NCBI GenBank assembly: GCA_025966525.1
Contig: JAPDIG010000002.1
Location: 1-52,563, forward strand
Length of the DNA stretch: 52,563 nt
Direction: 5' to 3'
Source of the DNA: Candidatus Methanophagales archaeon
Lineage (GTDB): Archaea; Halobacteriota; Syntropharchaeia; Alkanophagales; Methanospirareceae
Positions within the stretch are counted from its first letter, which is position 1, and every line of letters begins with the position of its first letter. The position numbers were made by a program, and so were the translations under genes. Shown piece after piece: positions 36,250 through 45,949 of this stretch. The notes under the pieces are model-generated. The model was not told where the DNA came from and ran no database searches. It worked only from the letters and a program-made list of their open reading frames with translations.

Positions 36250-37008
36250 ATGAATAATAAGTATGCAATGGATGTGAAATTGCTTAGAGTAACAAAAGAG
36301 GGAATAGATTTGGTTGCGGAGGGGGCGAGGGTGAGCGGTGTTCATTTGGCGCAAAGCGCAAGGAAAATTGTTGAGCTAATTACGGATAATGATTATTCAT
36401 CAGTGCTCGAGCATATCTATTTCACCATGGATATCTCAGGGATAAGTGTTGCACTGAGCAGGGAACTGTTAGAGCACAGGATTGCCTCGCACACTGGAAA
36501 GAGCACGAGATATAAGGAAGAAAAGGGGTTTGAGTACTATGTTCCAAAAGAGTTAGAGCGAAAGGGGAGAGAGGAAGGAGCGAGGATTTACATGGAGGCG
36601 ATGAAAAACGCTAATGATGCATACACGAAGTTAAGAGAACTTGGCGTTGCGAGAGAACAGGCGAGATATGTTCTGCCACTGGCTTTGCATACACATTATG
36701 TACTAACGATAAACACTCGGAGTTTGATAAACTTCTTCATGCTCAGGCTCTGTGTACGAGCGTCACCTGAAATAAGAGAACTCGCAATGCGTATGTATAA
36801 GATATGTCTGGAAGAATACCCGGATATTTTCTCGCGGATTTGGTGTCGTGGCTTCACGCTCGGCGTATGTCCAGAGAATGAAGCTAGGCCCGATAGATGT
36901 CCATTCAAAAAATTCTTGCCGAAGAAGCGCGAGGTGAAGGGTAAATTCGAGCGTGATGCAAGGATGATAATAGAAAAAGAATTGAAGGGTTTGGTTTTTA
37001 CGGGGTGA
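36250..37008 (+). CDS. thyX: FAD-dependent thymidylate synthase
   Basis: 252-aa ORF with the ThyX signature region SVLEHIYFTMDISGISVALSRELLEHRIASHTGKSTRY. The first Arg of the classical RHR triad is Glu here. Confidence 0.85.
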   Translation: MNNKYAMDVKLLRVTKEGIDLVAEGARVSGVHLAQSARKIVELITDNDYSSVLEHIYFTMDISGISVALSRELLEHRIASHTGKSTRYKEEKGFEYYVPKELERKGREEGARIYMEAMKNANDAYTKLRELGVAREQARYVLPLALHTHYVLTINTRSLINFFMLRLCVRASPEIRELAMRMYKICLEEYPDIFSRIWCRGFTLGVCPENEARPDRCPFKKFLPKKREVKGKFERDARMIIEKELKGLVFTG

Positions 37009-37017
37009 TAAAAAAAA

Positions 37018-38217
37018 ATGTTTGATGAACCTGTAATAGAAATAAGCACGAGAGAAGTAACTGCAACAACCCCTGATACGACGATAGCAAAAGCTATCGG
37101 TATCATGGAAAAAAACAACTTCCATAACCTGGTTGTACTTGATAGTGACAAGATATATCTTGTTAATATACAAGACCTGCTGGTGGCATCGAATCCTGAA
37201 TCAAACGTGGACGGGGTCATGTTTAAACCACACTGCATACATAAAGATACACCAACTATTGACGCGATAAGTGAGCTGCTGGATAGCGGGCAGAGAGCAG
37301 CACCAGTAGTTGACGATGATGGCAAGCTTGAAGGAATTATCACGGACTATGACATCATGAGGAGGGGAGCAGAGTCGCTCATCTTAAAAGATGCCAAGGT
37401 TACAGAAATAATGACCAAAAACCCTATTTGTGTAGAAGAAACGGACAGTATTGGAAAAGCGAGAACCATCATGAGAAAAAACAACATAGGACGAGTTCTT
37501 GTTGTTGATGCGAATAATAAATTAAAGGGCATAGTTACCGGTGGAGATATTTTAAAAAAGATTTACAAGCCAAAAAGAAGGATGACCGTGGGGGAAGTGA
37601 AAGGGGAGAACATTCCACGAATGGGGCAACCGGTCTCGCTTATCTCGAGTTCACCTGTGAGAACTGCGGACGTAGATGCAAACCTCGCAGAAATCGCGAA
37701 TTTGATGCAGAAATACGATATACGAAGTGTGCCTATTCTAAGCGATGGGGTTCCAAGGGGTATTGTAACAATACCAGATATAATGAAGTATCTGAAGGGG
37801 CTTAAAGAAGAGACAAAGGTGGAAGTAGAGATTCAAGGAACCCCCGACGAGGAATATAAGGAACTTGCGGAGAGGGTTATCGAGACGGAAGTGAGAAAAA
37901 TTGTCAAAATTGCTAAGCGCGTGCATTGGATTAAAATAGTGATAAAAAAGGAGCGGGATAGAGGGGGCACTTCATATTATAAAATCGGTGCGCATGTGAA
38001 AACACCTGATAAATTGTATGTTGCTCAGAGCGAGCCAGGGGGTATCCACTCCCAAACAATGATAGCAAAGAGAGGGGCGGAAAATAGAGAGGTAGAAGTG
38101 AGGGCAGGAAAGAGGAGATGGGATTTTATTGATGTGTTGAAGGATGCTTTACTATCAGTTGAGGGACAGATAGAGGAAGACAAGGAGAAAAGGCTGAAAA
38201 ATGGACGGTTTTTTTAA
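37018..38217 (+). CDS. Four-CBS-domain protein with C-terminal alpha/beta domain (RaiA/HPF-like by eye)
   Basis: 399-aa ORF with four CBS repeats (e.g. VTEIMTKNPICVEE...IGRVLVVDANNKLKGIVTGGD). The final ~130 aa are VEVEIQG...YKELAERVIETEVRKIVKIAKRVHWIKIVIKKE...YYKIGAHVKTPDKLYVAQSE... Confidence 0.75.
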   Translation: MFDEPVIEISTREVTATTPDTTIAKAIGIMEKNNFHNLVVLDSDKIYLVNIQDLLVASNPESNVDGVMFKPHCIHKDTPTIDAISELLDSGQRAAPVVDDDGKLEGIITDYDIMRRGAESLILKDAKVTEIMTKNPICVEETDSIGKARTIMRKNNIGRVLVVDANNKLKGIVTGGDILKKIYKPKRRMTVGEVKGENIPRMGQPVSLISSSPVRTADVDANLAEIANLMQKYDIRSVPILSDGVPRGIVTIPDIMKYLKGLKEETKVEVEIQGTPDEEYKELAERVIETEVRKIVKIAKRVHWIKIVIKKERDRGGTSYYKIGAHVKTPDKLYVAQSEPGGIHSQTMIAKRGAENREVEVRAGKRRWDFIDVLKDALLSVEGQIEEDKEKRLKNGRFF

Positions 38218-38218
38218 T

Positions 38219-39109
38219 TTAAAGAGAAAGTTTGTAAGGCAGCCCTTTTCTACAACCATACTCTCGAATACAGCACGAGGCAACCAAGTTACCCGTTTTA
38301 CCGCTTTCATAGATTCCCTTCTCACGGAGCAACCCAAACAAAAAACCGGCTGCAAATGCATCACCTGCGCCTGTTGTATCCACCACATCCGTTGGATATG
38401 CTTCTATTAAATGCGATTCTCCTGTTGTATCCGCGACATAACAGCCTCTTTCGCCTAAAGTCACAGAAACAATCTGAGCACCGATGTTCAAGAGCCTTTC
38501 AGCACCTTTTTCATAGTCCGCTTCTTTTAGCAATGATTTTAATTCACGGATACTGAGAAAAATCACTTCGCTTCGCTCTATTAACTCTACCAAATCATCA
38601 AGCTTGTAATTGAAGCAGAGCATGCCGGGGCTAAAACTGAGCTTCGGTTTTACTCTCCTTGTCAATTCGGATTGCATGTCCAGTTGCTCTTTGCTCACGA
38701 ATGAACTCATGTGTAGAAACTTCGCGTGATCTAAAAATTCCATGTCTATATTCTCCATGCACAACCGGTCATTCACACCTGGAAGGATATAAAGCGCCCT
38801 TTCTCCCTTGGCATCCACGAATGATAGTGCAGCGCCGGTGTTACCCGCCTCTTTCCTTAGCCTCGTCTCCACTCCCTCTTTTCTGAATTCTTCCAGAATT
38901 AGTTCGCCTTCTTTGTCATTACCTACAATCCCCACAAAACCAACATCAATACCTAATCTCGCTAATGCAACGATTGTATTTGCTGCAGAACCTCCTGGTG
39001 CATTCGTAACAGCTAAAATCCCTACTTCCTCCCCTCCTTTCGCTATTCGCTCCACAGCATACAAAACATCGTAATTCAAGGCTCCTAAGCCAATTACATC
39101 TTTTTTCAT
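38219..39109 (-). CDS. PfkB-family carbohydrate/nucleoside kinase
   Basis: 296-aa ORF with an N-terminal GLGALNYD...GGSAANT motif and the C-terminal DTTGAGDAFAAGFLFGLL anion-hole motif. Confidence 0.8.
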   Translation of the reverse strand: MKKDVIGLGALNYDVLYAVERIAKGGEEVGILAVTNAPGGSAANTIVALARLGIDVGFVGIVGNDKEGELILEEFRKEGVETRLRKEAGNTGAALSFVDAKGERALYILPGVNDRLCMENIDMEFLDHAKFLHMSSFVSKEQLDMQSELTRRVKPKLSFSPGMLCFNYKLDDLVELIERSEVIFLSIRELKSLLKEADYEKGAERLLNIGAQIVSVTLGERGCYVADTTGESHLIEAYPTDVVDTTGAGDAFAAGFLFGLLREKGIYESGKTGNLVASCCIREYGCRKGLPYKLSL

Positions 39110-39181
39110 TTTTTTCCTTTATTTAATAAATCACAAATAAAATATCGAAAAAGATTTAAATAGCAAAAAATATCATTTCAT

Positions 39182-39544
39182 TTGCCAAGCGCTATGTCAG
39201 AAGAAGAGAAAGAGGAAAGGATACCAGAAGCATTTTTGAAAACAGTGAGCGATTTTTATAAGGAGAGTGACACGGTTTTTAAAGAATTTGATGCAATACG
39301 AGAAAACTATTCAAAGGGCGAGGAGATTATGGAAGACTTAAAAGGATTTAGAAGCAAAAGACCCGGCATCTTTGGGTTGATTTACGACATCTTTCATAAG
39401 GAGGTGGAGCTTGAAGATAAGCTTGACAGGGCAGGGATAGAGAAAGAGAAGAGGGATAAGATACTTGAGTTTAGGGAGCGTTTCTCTGATTTAGCTGATG
39501 AGATCGATTTACTTGTTCTTGGGGAATTGGGATTGGGCGCTTGA
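39182..39544 (+). CDS. Hypothetical small acidic helical protein
   Basis: 120-aa ORF starting at a TTG; an ATG at 39194 (MSEEEKEE) is more likely. No recognisable domain. Confidence 0.4.
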   Translation: MPSAMSEEEKEERIPEAFLKTVSDFYKESDTVFKEFDAIRENYSKGEEIMEDLKGFRSKRPGIFGLIYDIFHKEVELEDKLDRAGIEKEKRDKILEFRERFSDLADEIDLLVLGELGLGA

Positions 39545-39555
39545 GATTTGGATTT

Positions 39556-40152
39556 TCAAGAAGAAAGTGCCTCAAATATACTTCTAACCTGCTTCTCAGT
39601 TTCCTCCTTCGTGCCTTCATTATTTATGACGAAATCAGCGAATTTCAGCTTCTCTTTCAGGGGCAGTTGTAAATCAATCAATTTTTTAGCTTCTTCCTTT
39701 GTTGCGCCTTCTCGCTCCATCACCCTTCTTGTTTGCGTCTCCTCACTGAGATAAACAACAATTACCTTATCAAATTCTTTTTGAAGTTCTGTCTCTATTA
39801 ACAGTGGGACATCAATAACCACGAGAGCATTTTGCTCTATTCTCTTTATCGCTTCTACCCTTTCAATACACCTCTTCCACACTTCAGGGTGTATTATCCG
39901 TTCTAAAATCTTTCGCTTCTCTGAATCGCCGAACACTATCCCCCTCAGCTTCTTCCTATCTATCTCTAAATCCTTCCTCAAGATTTCCTTACCAAAGAAA
40001 TTCACTATCTCCCACCACGCTTTTGAACACGGTCTTATAACTTCTCTGCTTAATACATCACAGTCTATCCCGTAAGCGCCGAGGCTCATAAATGTATCTA
40101 ATACGAGGCTCTTTCCACTTGCTATTCCGCCGGTTATGCCCACGAGTTGCAT
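39556..40152 (-). CDS. coaE: Dephospho-CoA kinase (bacterial CoaE type)
   Basis: 198-aa ORF with the P-loop GITGGIASGKS at the N-terminus, a CoaE-like core (IHP.V, VIDVPLL.E) and typical length. It overlaps the lhr stop by 19 nt. Confidence 0.8.
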   Translation of the reverse strand: MQLVGITGGIASGKSLVLDTFMSLGAYGIDCDVLSREVIRPCSKAWWEIVNFFGKEILRKDLEIDRKKLRGIVFGDSEKRKILERIIHPEVWKRCIERVEAIKRIEQNALVVIDVPLLIETELQKEFDKVIVVYLSEETQTRRVMEREGATKEEAKKLIDLQLPLKEKLKFADFVINNEGTKEETEKQVRSIFEALSS

Positions 40153-42836
40153 TTCTTAGAAAAGAGTTTGTTTGAACTTATATCACAAGATATGGATTTC
40201 CCTTCGATATACTCCATCACCCTCCTGTGGAGCTCGTGCAACAACTCCCTTCTCGACTCCATCAGCACCACATCTGATGCCTGCAAAGCAACGAGATTAT
40301 GAATGAAAGGAGACGGAAACGGCGTTTTTATTGTTCTTATTTCTATCGCACCGCTTTCAATTCCTCTAAGCACCTCCTTCGCATGCTCTATGTCAAAGAC
40401 CTCCTCCAGTATCTCCCTGAATGTCTCCTCCACAATAGGGAAATCTTCTATCTTCTTTGCAACGTTGAGTATAGAAGCAGAACTGCGCTGCTGCTTCCCA
40501 ACGCTCATTTCATACCCCTTATACTGCTTTAGCACCATTAACCCGCGGACTGCACAATGCCTGAATCTGCGTTTAAAAAGTTCTGTCTTCCGTACGCTTT
40601 TCCGCAACAATTCATCTATGTTGTCACTTCTCGCCAACGCTGCTACGGACTCTACATCCACGTTTTTATGTGGCAACTTCAAAATAAATCCGTTGTCGTT
40701 TATCGTTATAGATACGTTTGTCTTATGAGCGATGCTCATTGCATAGGCATAAGCTCTTGACAACGCATCCAGCGTTCTCCTACCGTACAAGGCATGAAAA
40801 GCGATGTTTTGTCGCCCCAAGTCATCACAATAATGTTCTATTATGATGCGTCTATGATTGGGTATTACCCCTGCGTATCTCTTTTGCGCCTCGAAATAAA
40901 GAAACACATTTTCCGCTGCGGTTTCTTCCAACCTGTATTCTTTTTTCAGCCAATCCACAATCTCTCTCTTCTTCTCTTTCCCGTCTTCCATCTTTTTCTC
41001 TATCTCTTCTCTAAATTTGCCTATCTCTATCGCAGAATCATATTCCAACGGCAGCATCTCGCCTATCCATGCAGGAATGGTAGGCATGCCTTCAAAAGAG
41101 TCTACGTATGCTCTCATCCCACGCACCGAAACGAACTTGTAAGTTTTACCGCCAAGCACGAAAGTATCACCAGGCTCGAGCTTCTCTAAAAATGGCTCGT
41201 CTATTTCACCTATCCACTCCTTTGGTTTTGGTGCTCGGAGGAAAACCTGCACTGAACTCTCCGATGGTATCGTTCCCACATGTGTCATGTATATACCACG
41301 AGTGCTTCTTTTCCTTCCAAACACGCCCTGGGCTTCATCATACCATATCTTTGGATATACCTTCCTGTTCTCCAGTTCGGAATGCACGCCTGACAAATAT
41401 CGCAACACCGCGACAAGCTGCTCATGCTTTAAATCGCGGTATGGATACGCCCTTCGTATCAAGTTATAAGCATCTTCGACATTCCATTTCTGCTCTAACG
41501 ACATTCCTACGAGATGTTGTGCCAAAACATCCAGTGCACATCCTACCACACGCACCTTGTCCAACTTCTTCTCTTTTGCCCTCCTCGCTAACACTGCACA
41601 TTCCACTAAATCGTCCATATCAGTGACGATCAGACAACCCTTTGCTATCTTCTCCAATCGATGACCCGACCTCCCAGCTCTTTGTATCAACCTCGTTGTG
41701 CTCTTCGGCGAGCCAATAAGGATGCAAAGGTCCAACGCACCTATGTCTATGCCCAACTCAAGAGATGAGGAACAGGCAACTGCTTTCATCTTTCCCTCTT
41801 TCAATCCCTCTTCCACTGTAAACCTCGTATCTCGCGACAAAGACCCATGATGCGTCCCTATTTTGCACTTATCAACTTCGCTCACCATCTTCGCAAGCTT
41901 ATACGACACTCGTTCCGCACCCGATCTCGTATTCGTGAATATTAACGTGGATTCACGTTTCTCAACTAACTCCCTCACCTTTTCATACAGTGCTGCTGTT
42001 ATATCCGTATCATGCTCCGTCACATCAGGCTTTCCGCTATAAATAAAATTCACCGGTGCGATTACGCTTACTTCCAAATCCTTTGCAAAAGAGACATCTG
42101 CAATCAAACAATCTCGCTGTTCTAATCCCCTGCCCTCTTCTTTTGATTGTGAGTAGCCCACCAGAAATTTAGCCACTTCTTCTAAAGGAGAAATGGTCGC
42201 ACTCATCCCTATGCGAGTGAACTCTGAGTCACAAAAGTTCTGCAATCTTTCCAGTGTTATACTCAAATGTGCACCCCTTTTTGAATCAGCAACCTCGTGT
42301 ATTTCATCCACAATCACGTAATCCAGCTTTTTGAGGTGAAGCTTGAACTTTGGCGCATTCAATATAATCGCTGCGCTTTCCGGCGTCGTTATGAGAATAT
42401 GTGGCGGCTTCCTCAGCATATTTTGGCGCTCTTTCTGTGTAGTATCCCCTGTTCTAACAGCCACCCGTATTCCTGTATCTACTCCTGCAAGCTCTTTCCC
42501 TAGCTTCGCGATCTCATCTAATGGCTCCTCAAGGTTCCTTCTTATATCGTTTCCAAGCGCCTTTAAGGGACTTATATAAAGACAATAAATCCTATCCTCG
42601 AGCTTATTCGCCCTGCTTAACTTACAAAGATTGTTTATAATACCAAGGAAGCAAGCAAAAGTCTTTCCACTGCCCGTAGGTGCGCATATCAAAATATTGT
42701 TTCTGTTCACTATTTCTATAATAGCATATCTTTGCGGCGGCGTAAAATGATGATATTTCTTTCTAAACCAAGCACCGATGTAAGGTTCTAATCTTTCGTA
42801 TATCTCCTTCTCTTTGTATTCGCGAGCTGTTCTCAT
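40134..42836 (-). CDS. lhr: Lhr-family ATP-dependent DEAD/DEAH-box helicase
   Basis: 900-aa ORF with motif I APTGSGKT, motif II VIVDEIHE, SAT (MSATIS) and motif VI QRAGRSGHR. The C-terminal DEAD/H-associated domain is typical of Lhr-core proteins. Confidence 0.9.
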   Translation of the reverse strand: MRTAREYKEKEIYERLEPYIGAWFRKKYHHFTPPQRYAIIEIVNRNNILICAPTGSGKTFACFLGIINNLCKLSRANKLEDRIYCLYISPLKALGNDIRRNLEEPLDEIAKLGKELAGVDTGIRVAVRTGDTTQKERQNMLRKPPHILITTPESAAIILNAPKFKLHLKKLDYVIVDEIHEVADSKRGAHLSITLERLQNFCDSEFTRIGMSATISPLEEVAKFLVGYSQSKEEGRGLEQRDCLIADVSFAKDLEVSVIAPVNFIYSGKPDVTEHDTDITAALYEKVRELVEKRESTLIFTNTRSGAERVSYKLAKMVSEVDKCKIGTHHGSLSRDTRFTVEEGLKEGKMKAVACSSSLELGIDIGALDLCILIGSPKSTTRLIQRAGRSGHRLEKIAKGCLIVTDMDDLVECAVLARRAKEKKLDKVRVVGCALDVLAQHLVGMSLEQKWNVEDAYNLIRRAYPYRDLKHEQLVAVLRYLSGVHSELENRKVYPKIWYDEAQGVFGRKRSTRGIYMTHVGTIPSESSVQVFLRAPKPKEWIGEIDEPFLEKLEPGDTFVLGGKTYKFVSVRGMRAYVDSFEGMPTIPAWIGEMLPLEYDSAIEIGKFREEIEKKMEDGKEKKREIVDWLKKEYRLEETAAENVFLYFEAQKRYAGVIPNHRRIIIEHYCDDLGRQNIAFHALYGRRTLDALSRAYAYAMSIAHKTNVSITINDNGFILKLPHKNVDVESVAALARSDNIDELLRKSVRKTELFKRRFRHCAVRGLMVLKQYKGYEMSVGKQQRSSASILNVAKKIEDFPIVEETFREILEEVFDIEHAKEVLRGIESGAIEIRTIKTPFPSPFIHNLVALQASDVVLMESRRELLHELHRRVMEYIEGKSISCDISSNKLFSKKCNSWA

Positions 42837-42881
42837 TATTTAATTTTCTTAATCTTATCAAACTTATCATATTATGGAACA

Positions 42882-43574
42882 ATGGTCTTAGCAGGGAAAT
42901 TATTCCTGGTCGAAGGGGATGTGGATGCCGGCTTGCATACAATCGCCGCCAAGCTGAAGGGTTTTAAATCAGAAGATAAATTGAAGGAGAACGATAGAGA
43001 TATAAGTTTGATTACCGAGATAAAGGACTTGCGCTTGATCGGAGATTCCTTGCATGGAACTTTCATCCAGGACCAGCTTCTGGAAGTGTATCATCATGGC
43101 GAGCGGGTGCACATACCAACCACGTCCGAAGCTCCTTTTTTCTTTGTCGAACAGAGGCAAACGGGTAGAATTGTTCTCACGATTATGGAGAAGAAAGCGA
43201 GAGCAAACAATATCGCCAATCAATTGAGCAAAATACTCTTCATAACAACGGGGAAGATAGTGGAAGTGAGGATTGAGCCTGCGCGATTTGAGCGTTTTCA
43301 CGAAGATAACTTCGAGGATACAAAAGTAATCTTCTTTGACGATGTAGACCTACCGAATATCAAAAAACTGTCTTTGTATGGCTCTGCTTTAGGAAACACA
43401 TCTATGTATGTAGACCATTTAAAGCATGGTAAAATATGGTATATTGTATTGAAGTCTAAGCGGCATGGAACGGTGGTAGGGGTAACAAGAAACGGTGTTG
43501 TAACCATTTTCAGCAAAGCAAATAAAGAGGATTTTATAAATTACGTGCTGGATGAGATCGTTGGTTTGATTTAA
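42882..43574 (+). CDS. Hypothetical protein
   Basis: 230-aa ORF with protein-like composition, divergent from lhr. No recognisable motif. Confidence 0.5.
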   Translation: MVLAGKLFLVEGDVDAGLHTIAAKLKGFKSEDKLKENDRDISLITEIKDLRLIGDSLHGTFIQDQLLEVYHHGERVHIPTTSEAPFFFVEQRQTGRIVLTIMEKKARANNIANQLSKILFITTGKIVEVRIEPARFERFHEDNFEDTKVIFFDDVDLPNIKKLSLYGSALGNTSMYVDHLKHGKIWYIVLKSKRHGTVVGVTRNGVVTIFSKANKEDFINYVLDEIVGLI

Positions 43575-43591
43575 AGCCGTAAAAGTATAAG

Positions 43592-44284
43592 ATGAAGGAG
43601 AGTTTCAGGCTAAAAGAGACTTTTGCATGGATAACAGCAGAGGAAAGGAAGTATGTAGAAATTGCAAAAGAGGAGATAAAACAGCGTAGAAAGGAATTGG
43701 AAAGATTTGTACGCTGGAATCCCTATTTTCTCGTGACGCTTGAGAGTTACCAGGTAAAAGAAAAAGATAAGGTACCCGAAATAGTGAGAAGAATGGCAGA
43801 ATCTGCCGAAAAATTCTGCATAGGACCAATGTCCGCAGTTGCAGGAACATTAGCGGAGTTCGCGGTAGAGGCGATGCGTGATGCCGGAGCGACTTATGCA
43901 ATGGTGGATAATGGAGGCGATGTTGCGTTGATAAACGATAGAGATGTGCTTGTTGGCATATATGCAGGTGAAAGTGCCTTCTCGAACAGGATTGCACTTA
44001 AGATAAAACCATCGGCATCATTATTAGGTATATGCACGTCTTCTGGGACGGTGGGGCATTCCATAAGCTTTGGGAATGCAGATGCTGCAACAGTGATAAG
44101 CAATAGCGCATCTTTGTCAGATGCCGCAGCAACTGCGCTCTGCAATTCTGCATCTGATGCTCATTCTGTCTCCAGAGCATTCCATTCGATCAATCATGTA
44201 GCGGGCATAAAAGGTGCATTTGTAATATACAAGGATGTCCTCGCAACGTGGGGTGAAATTCCAGAAATCGTGAAAATAAAATAG
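43592..44284 (+). CDS. UPF0280-family protein (ApbE-like fold)
   Basis: 230-aa ORF. IGPMSAVAGTLAEFAVEAM...VDNGGDVAL...GICTSSGTVGHS.SFGNADA matches the archaeal UPF0280 pattern as I recall it. Confidence 0.65.
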   Translation: MKESFRLKETFAWITAEERKYVEIAKEEIKQRRKELERFVRWNPYFLVTLESYQVKEKDKVPEIVRRMAESAEKFCIGPMSAVAGTLAEFAVEAMRDAGATYAMVDNGGDVALINDRDVLVGIYAGESAFSNRIALKIKPSASLLGICTSSGTVGHSISFGNADAATVISNSASLSDAAATALCNSASDAHSVSRAFHSINHVAGIKGAFVIYKDVLATWGEIPEIVKIK

Positions 44285-44337
44285 ATAAATTAGATGGGAA
44301 AAGTTTATACAGATTGCCTTGAATATAATCAAATAAG

Positions 44338-45636
44338 ATGAGACCCGGCATCGTTTTCAACTGGGAAGAAAAGGACTTGGAGAAAGTTTCCTTGGCAGAA
44401 GGGATCAGCTTGGAGAGACTGAAAAGAGAGCTCGAAGCAGGTAGAGTTGTAATTCCGAGAAATGCAAAGAGAGCAGAGCAGACGGAGAACCGAGAGAGAG
44501 CACTAAAAGCAATTGGCGAAGGAATGAGTACGAAAGTGAACGTAAACGTGGGAACGTCAAAGGATTATGTTAACCTCGAGGAAGAGGTAGAGAAGGCAAA
44601 AGTTGCAGTAAAATACGGTGCTGATACAATAATGGACCTCTCCACCGGTGGGGACCTCGATGAAATACGGGGAACGATTTTGAAAGAAATAGATGAGCCT
44701 GTCGGGACAGTGCCAATCTACCAGGCGGCTTTAGAGAAAACTGAAGAAAGGGCTGTGGTGGACATGAGTCCGGATGACATGTTCAATGCAGTAAGGAAAC
44801 ATGCAGAGGATGGTATCGACTTCGTTACCATTCATGCAGGCGTAAATCTGAACTCGCTGGAGAGATTGAGGAAAAGCGAGCGCATCTTAGATGTTGTCAG
44901 TCGAGGCGGCGCTTTTCTCGTCGCATGGATGATTCACAACGAGCAAGAAAATCCGTTTTACGAAGAATATGATTACCTGTTGGAAATAGCAAAAGAGTAT
45001 GACTTAACGCTTAGTCTGGGTGATGGTATGCGTCCAGGCTGCATCTCTGATGCCTCGGACCGTGCGAAATATATGGAAACTATTGTGCTTGGAGAGCTTG
45101 TGGAGCAGGCGAGGAAAGAAGGAGTCCAAGCAATGGTTGAAGGTCCAGGACATATGCCGCTGGACGAAATAGAAGCGTCTGTAAAGACGATAAAACATAT
45201 AACTGACTTTGCACCCCTGTATCTCTTAGGACCGCTCGTTACTGATGTCGCACCCGGATACGACCACTTTGTGAGTGCAATAGGAGGGGCGATTGCGGGA
45301 ATGTACGGTGCTGATTTCCTTTGCATGGTGTCACCTTCGGAGCATTTAGCATTGCCCTCGATAAACGACGTAAAAGAAGGGACGATAATAACGAAAATAG
45401 CGGCACATGTCGCAGACCTCGTTAAGGAGGGGCAAAGAGAGAAGGCGCGACTCCTGGACGATGAAATGGCGCATGCAAGAAAGAACTTGGATTGGAAAAG
45501 ACAGTTGGAAATCGCGATAAACCCCGGGGAAGCTCGAAGAATAAGAAATGGCAGACCTTCGGAGAGCGATGCTTGTTCCATTTGCGGTGATTTGTGTGCG
45601 ATAAAAATGGTGAAGGAGTTTTTGAAAAGGAAGTAG
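44338..45636 (+). CDS. thiC: Phosphomethylpyrimidine synthase
   Basis: 432-aa ORF with ThiC blocks ([55 protein letters not shown]). The C-terminal radical SAM cluster is [11 protein letters not shown]. Confidence 0.9.
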   Translation: MRPGIVFNWEEKDLEKVSLAEGISLERLKRELEAGRVVIPRNAKRAEQTENRERALKAIGEGMSTKVNVNVGTSKDYVNLEEEVEKAKVAVKYGADTIMDLSTGGDLDEIRGTILKEIDEPVGTVPIYQAALEKTEERAVVDMSPDDMFNAVRKHAEDGIDFVTIHAGVNLNSLERLRKSERILDVVSRGGAFLVAWMIHNEQENPFYEEYDYLLEIAKEYDLTLSLGDGMRPGCISDASDRAKYMETIVLGELVEQARKEGVQAMVEGPGHMPLDEIEASVKTIKHITDFAPLYLLGPLVTDVAPGYDHFVSAIGGAIAGMYGADFLCMVSPSEHLALPSINDVKEGTIITKIAAHVADLVKEGQREKARLLDDEMAHARKNLDWKRQLEIAINPGEARRIRNGRPSESDACSICGDLCAIKMVKEFLKRK

Positions 45637-45949
45637 CGGTAACATGAAGCCCGCTTCGCGTATGAGCAAACAACTTGTTTATGATCTGAGTTTTCCCGGT
45701 AGCGTGAAGGATATAAAAACGCTCGGATATTATCGGTTTAGCTGGTCTTGCTAAAGGACTAATTGAAAGAATTAGTACAAAAAGTTAAAAGGTATTTGAA
45801 GGCATATTAAGCACGGAAATTGTTTGAAATTCTTGGATATGTTCATAATGATTTCCAGAATCTGCTTTTTACAAGAAAAGGTTTTTGGCAACACTTTCTA
45901 TTAAAATATGATGCATTGCATTAATCATCGCCTCGCCATTAATTACTGA

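Noticed and set aside
45654-45730. A THI-box-like string (…UAUGAGCAAAC…UGAUCUGAG…CCCGGUAGCGUGAAGGA) just after thiC.
   Set aside because: It resembles the TPP riboswitch core only loosely. The conserved CUGAGA and ACCUGAUCUGGAUAAUGCCAGCG elements are not intact. It lies 3' of thiC rather than in a 5' leader. An Infernal scan would be needed to revive the idea.
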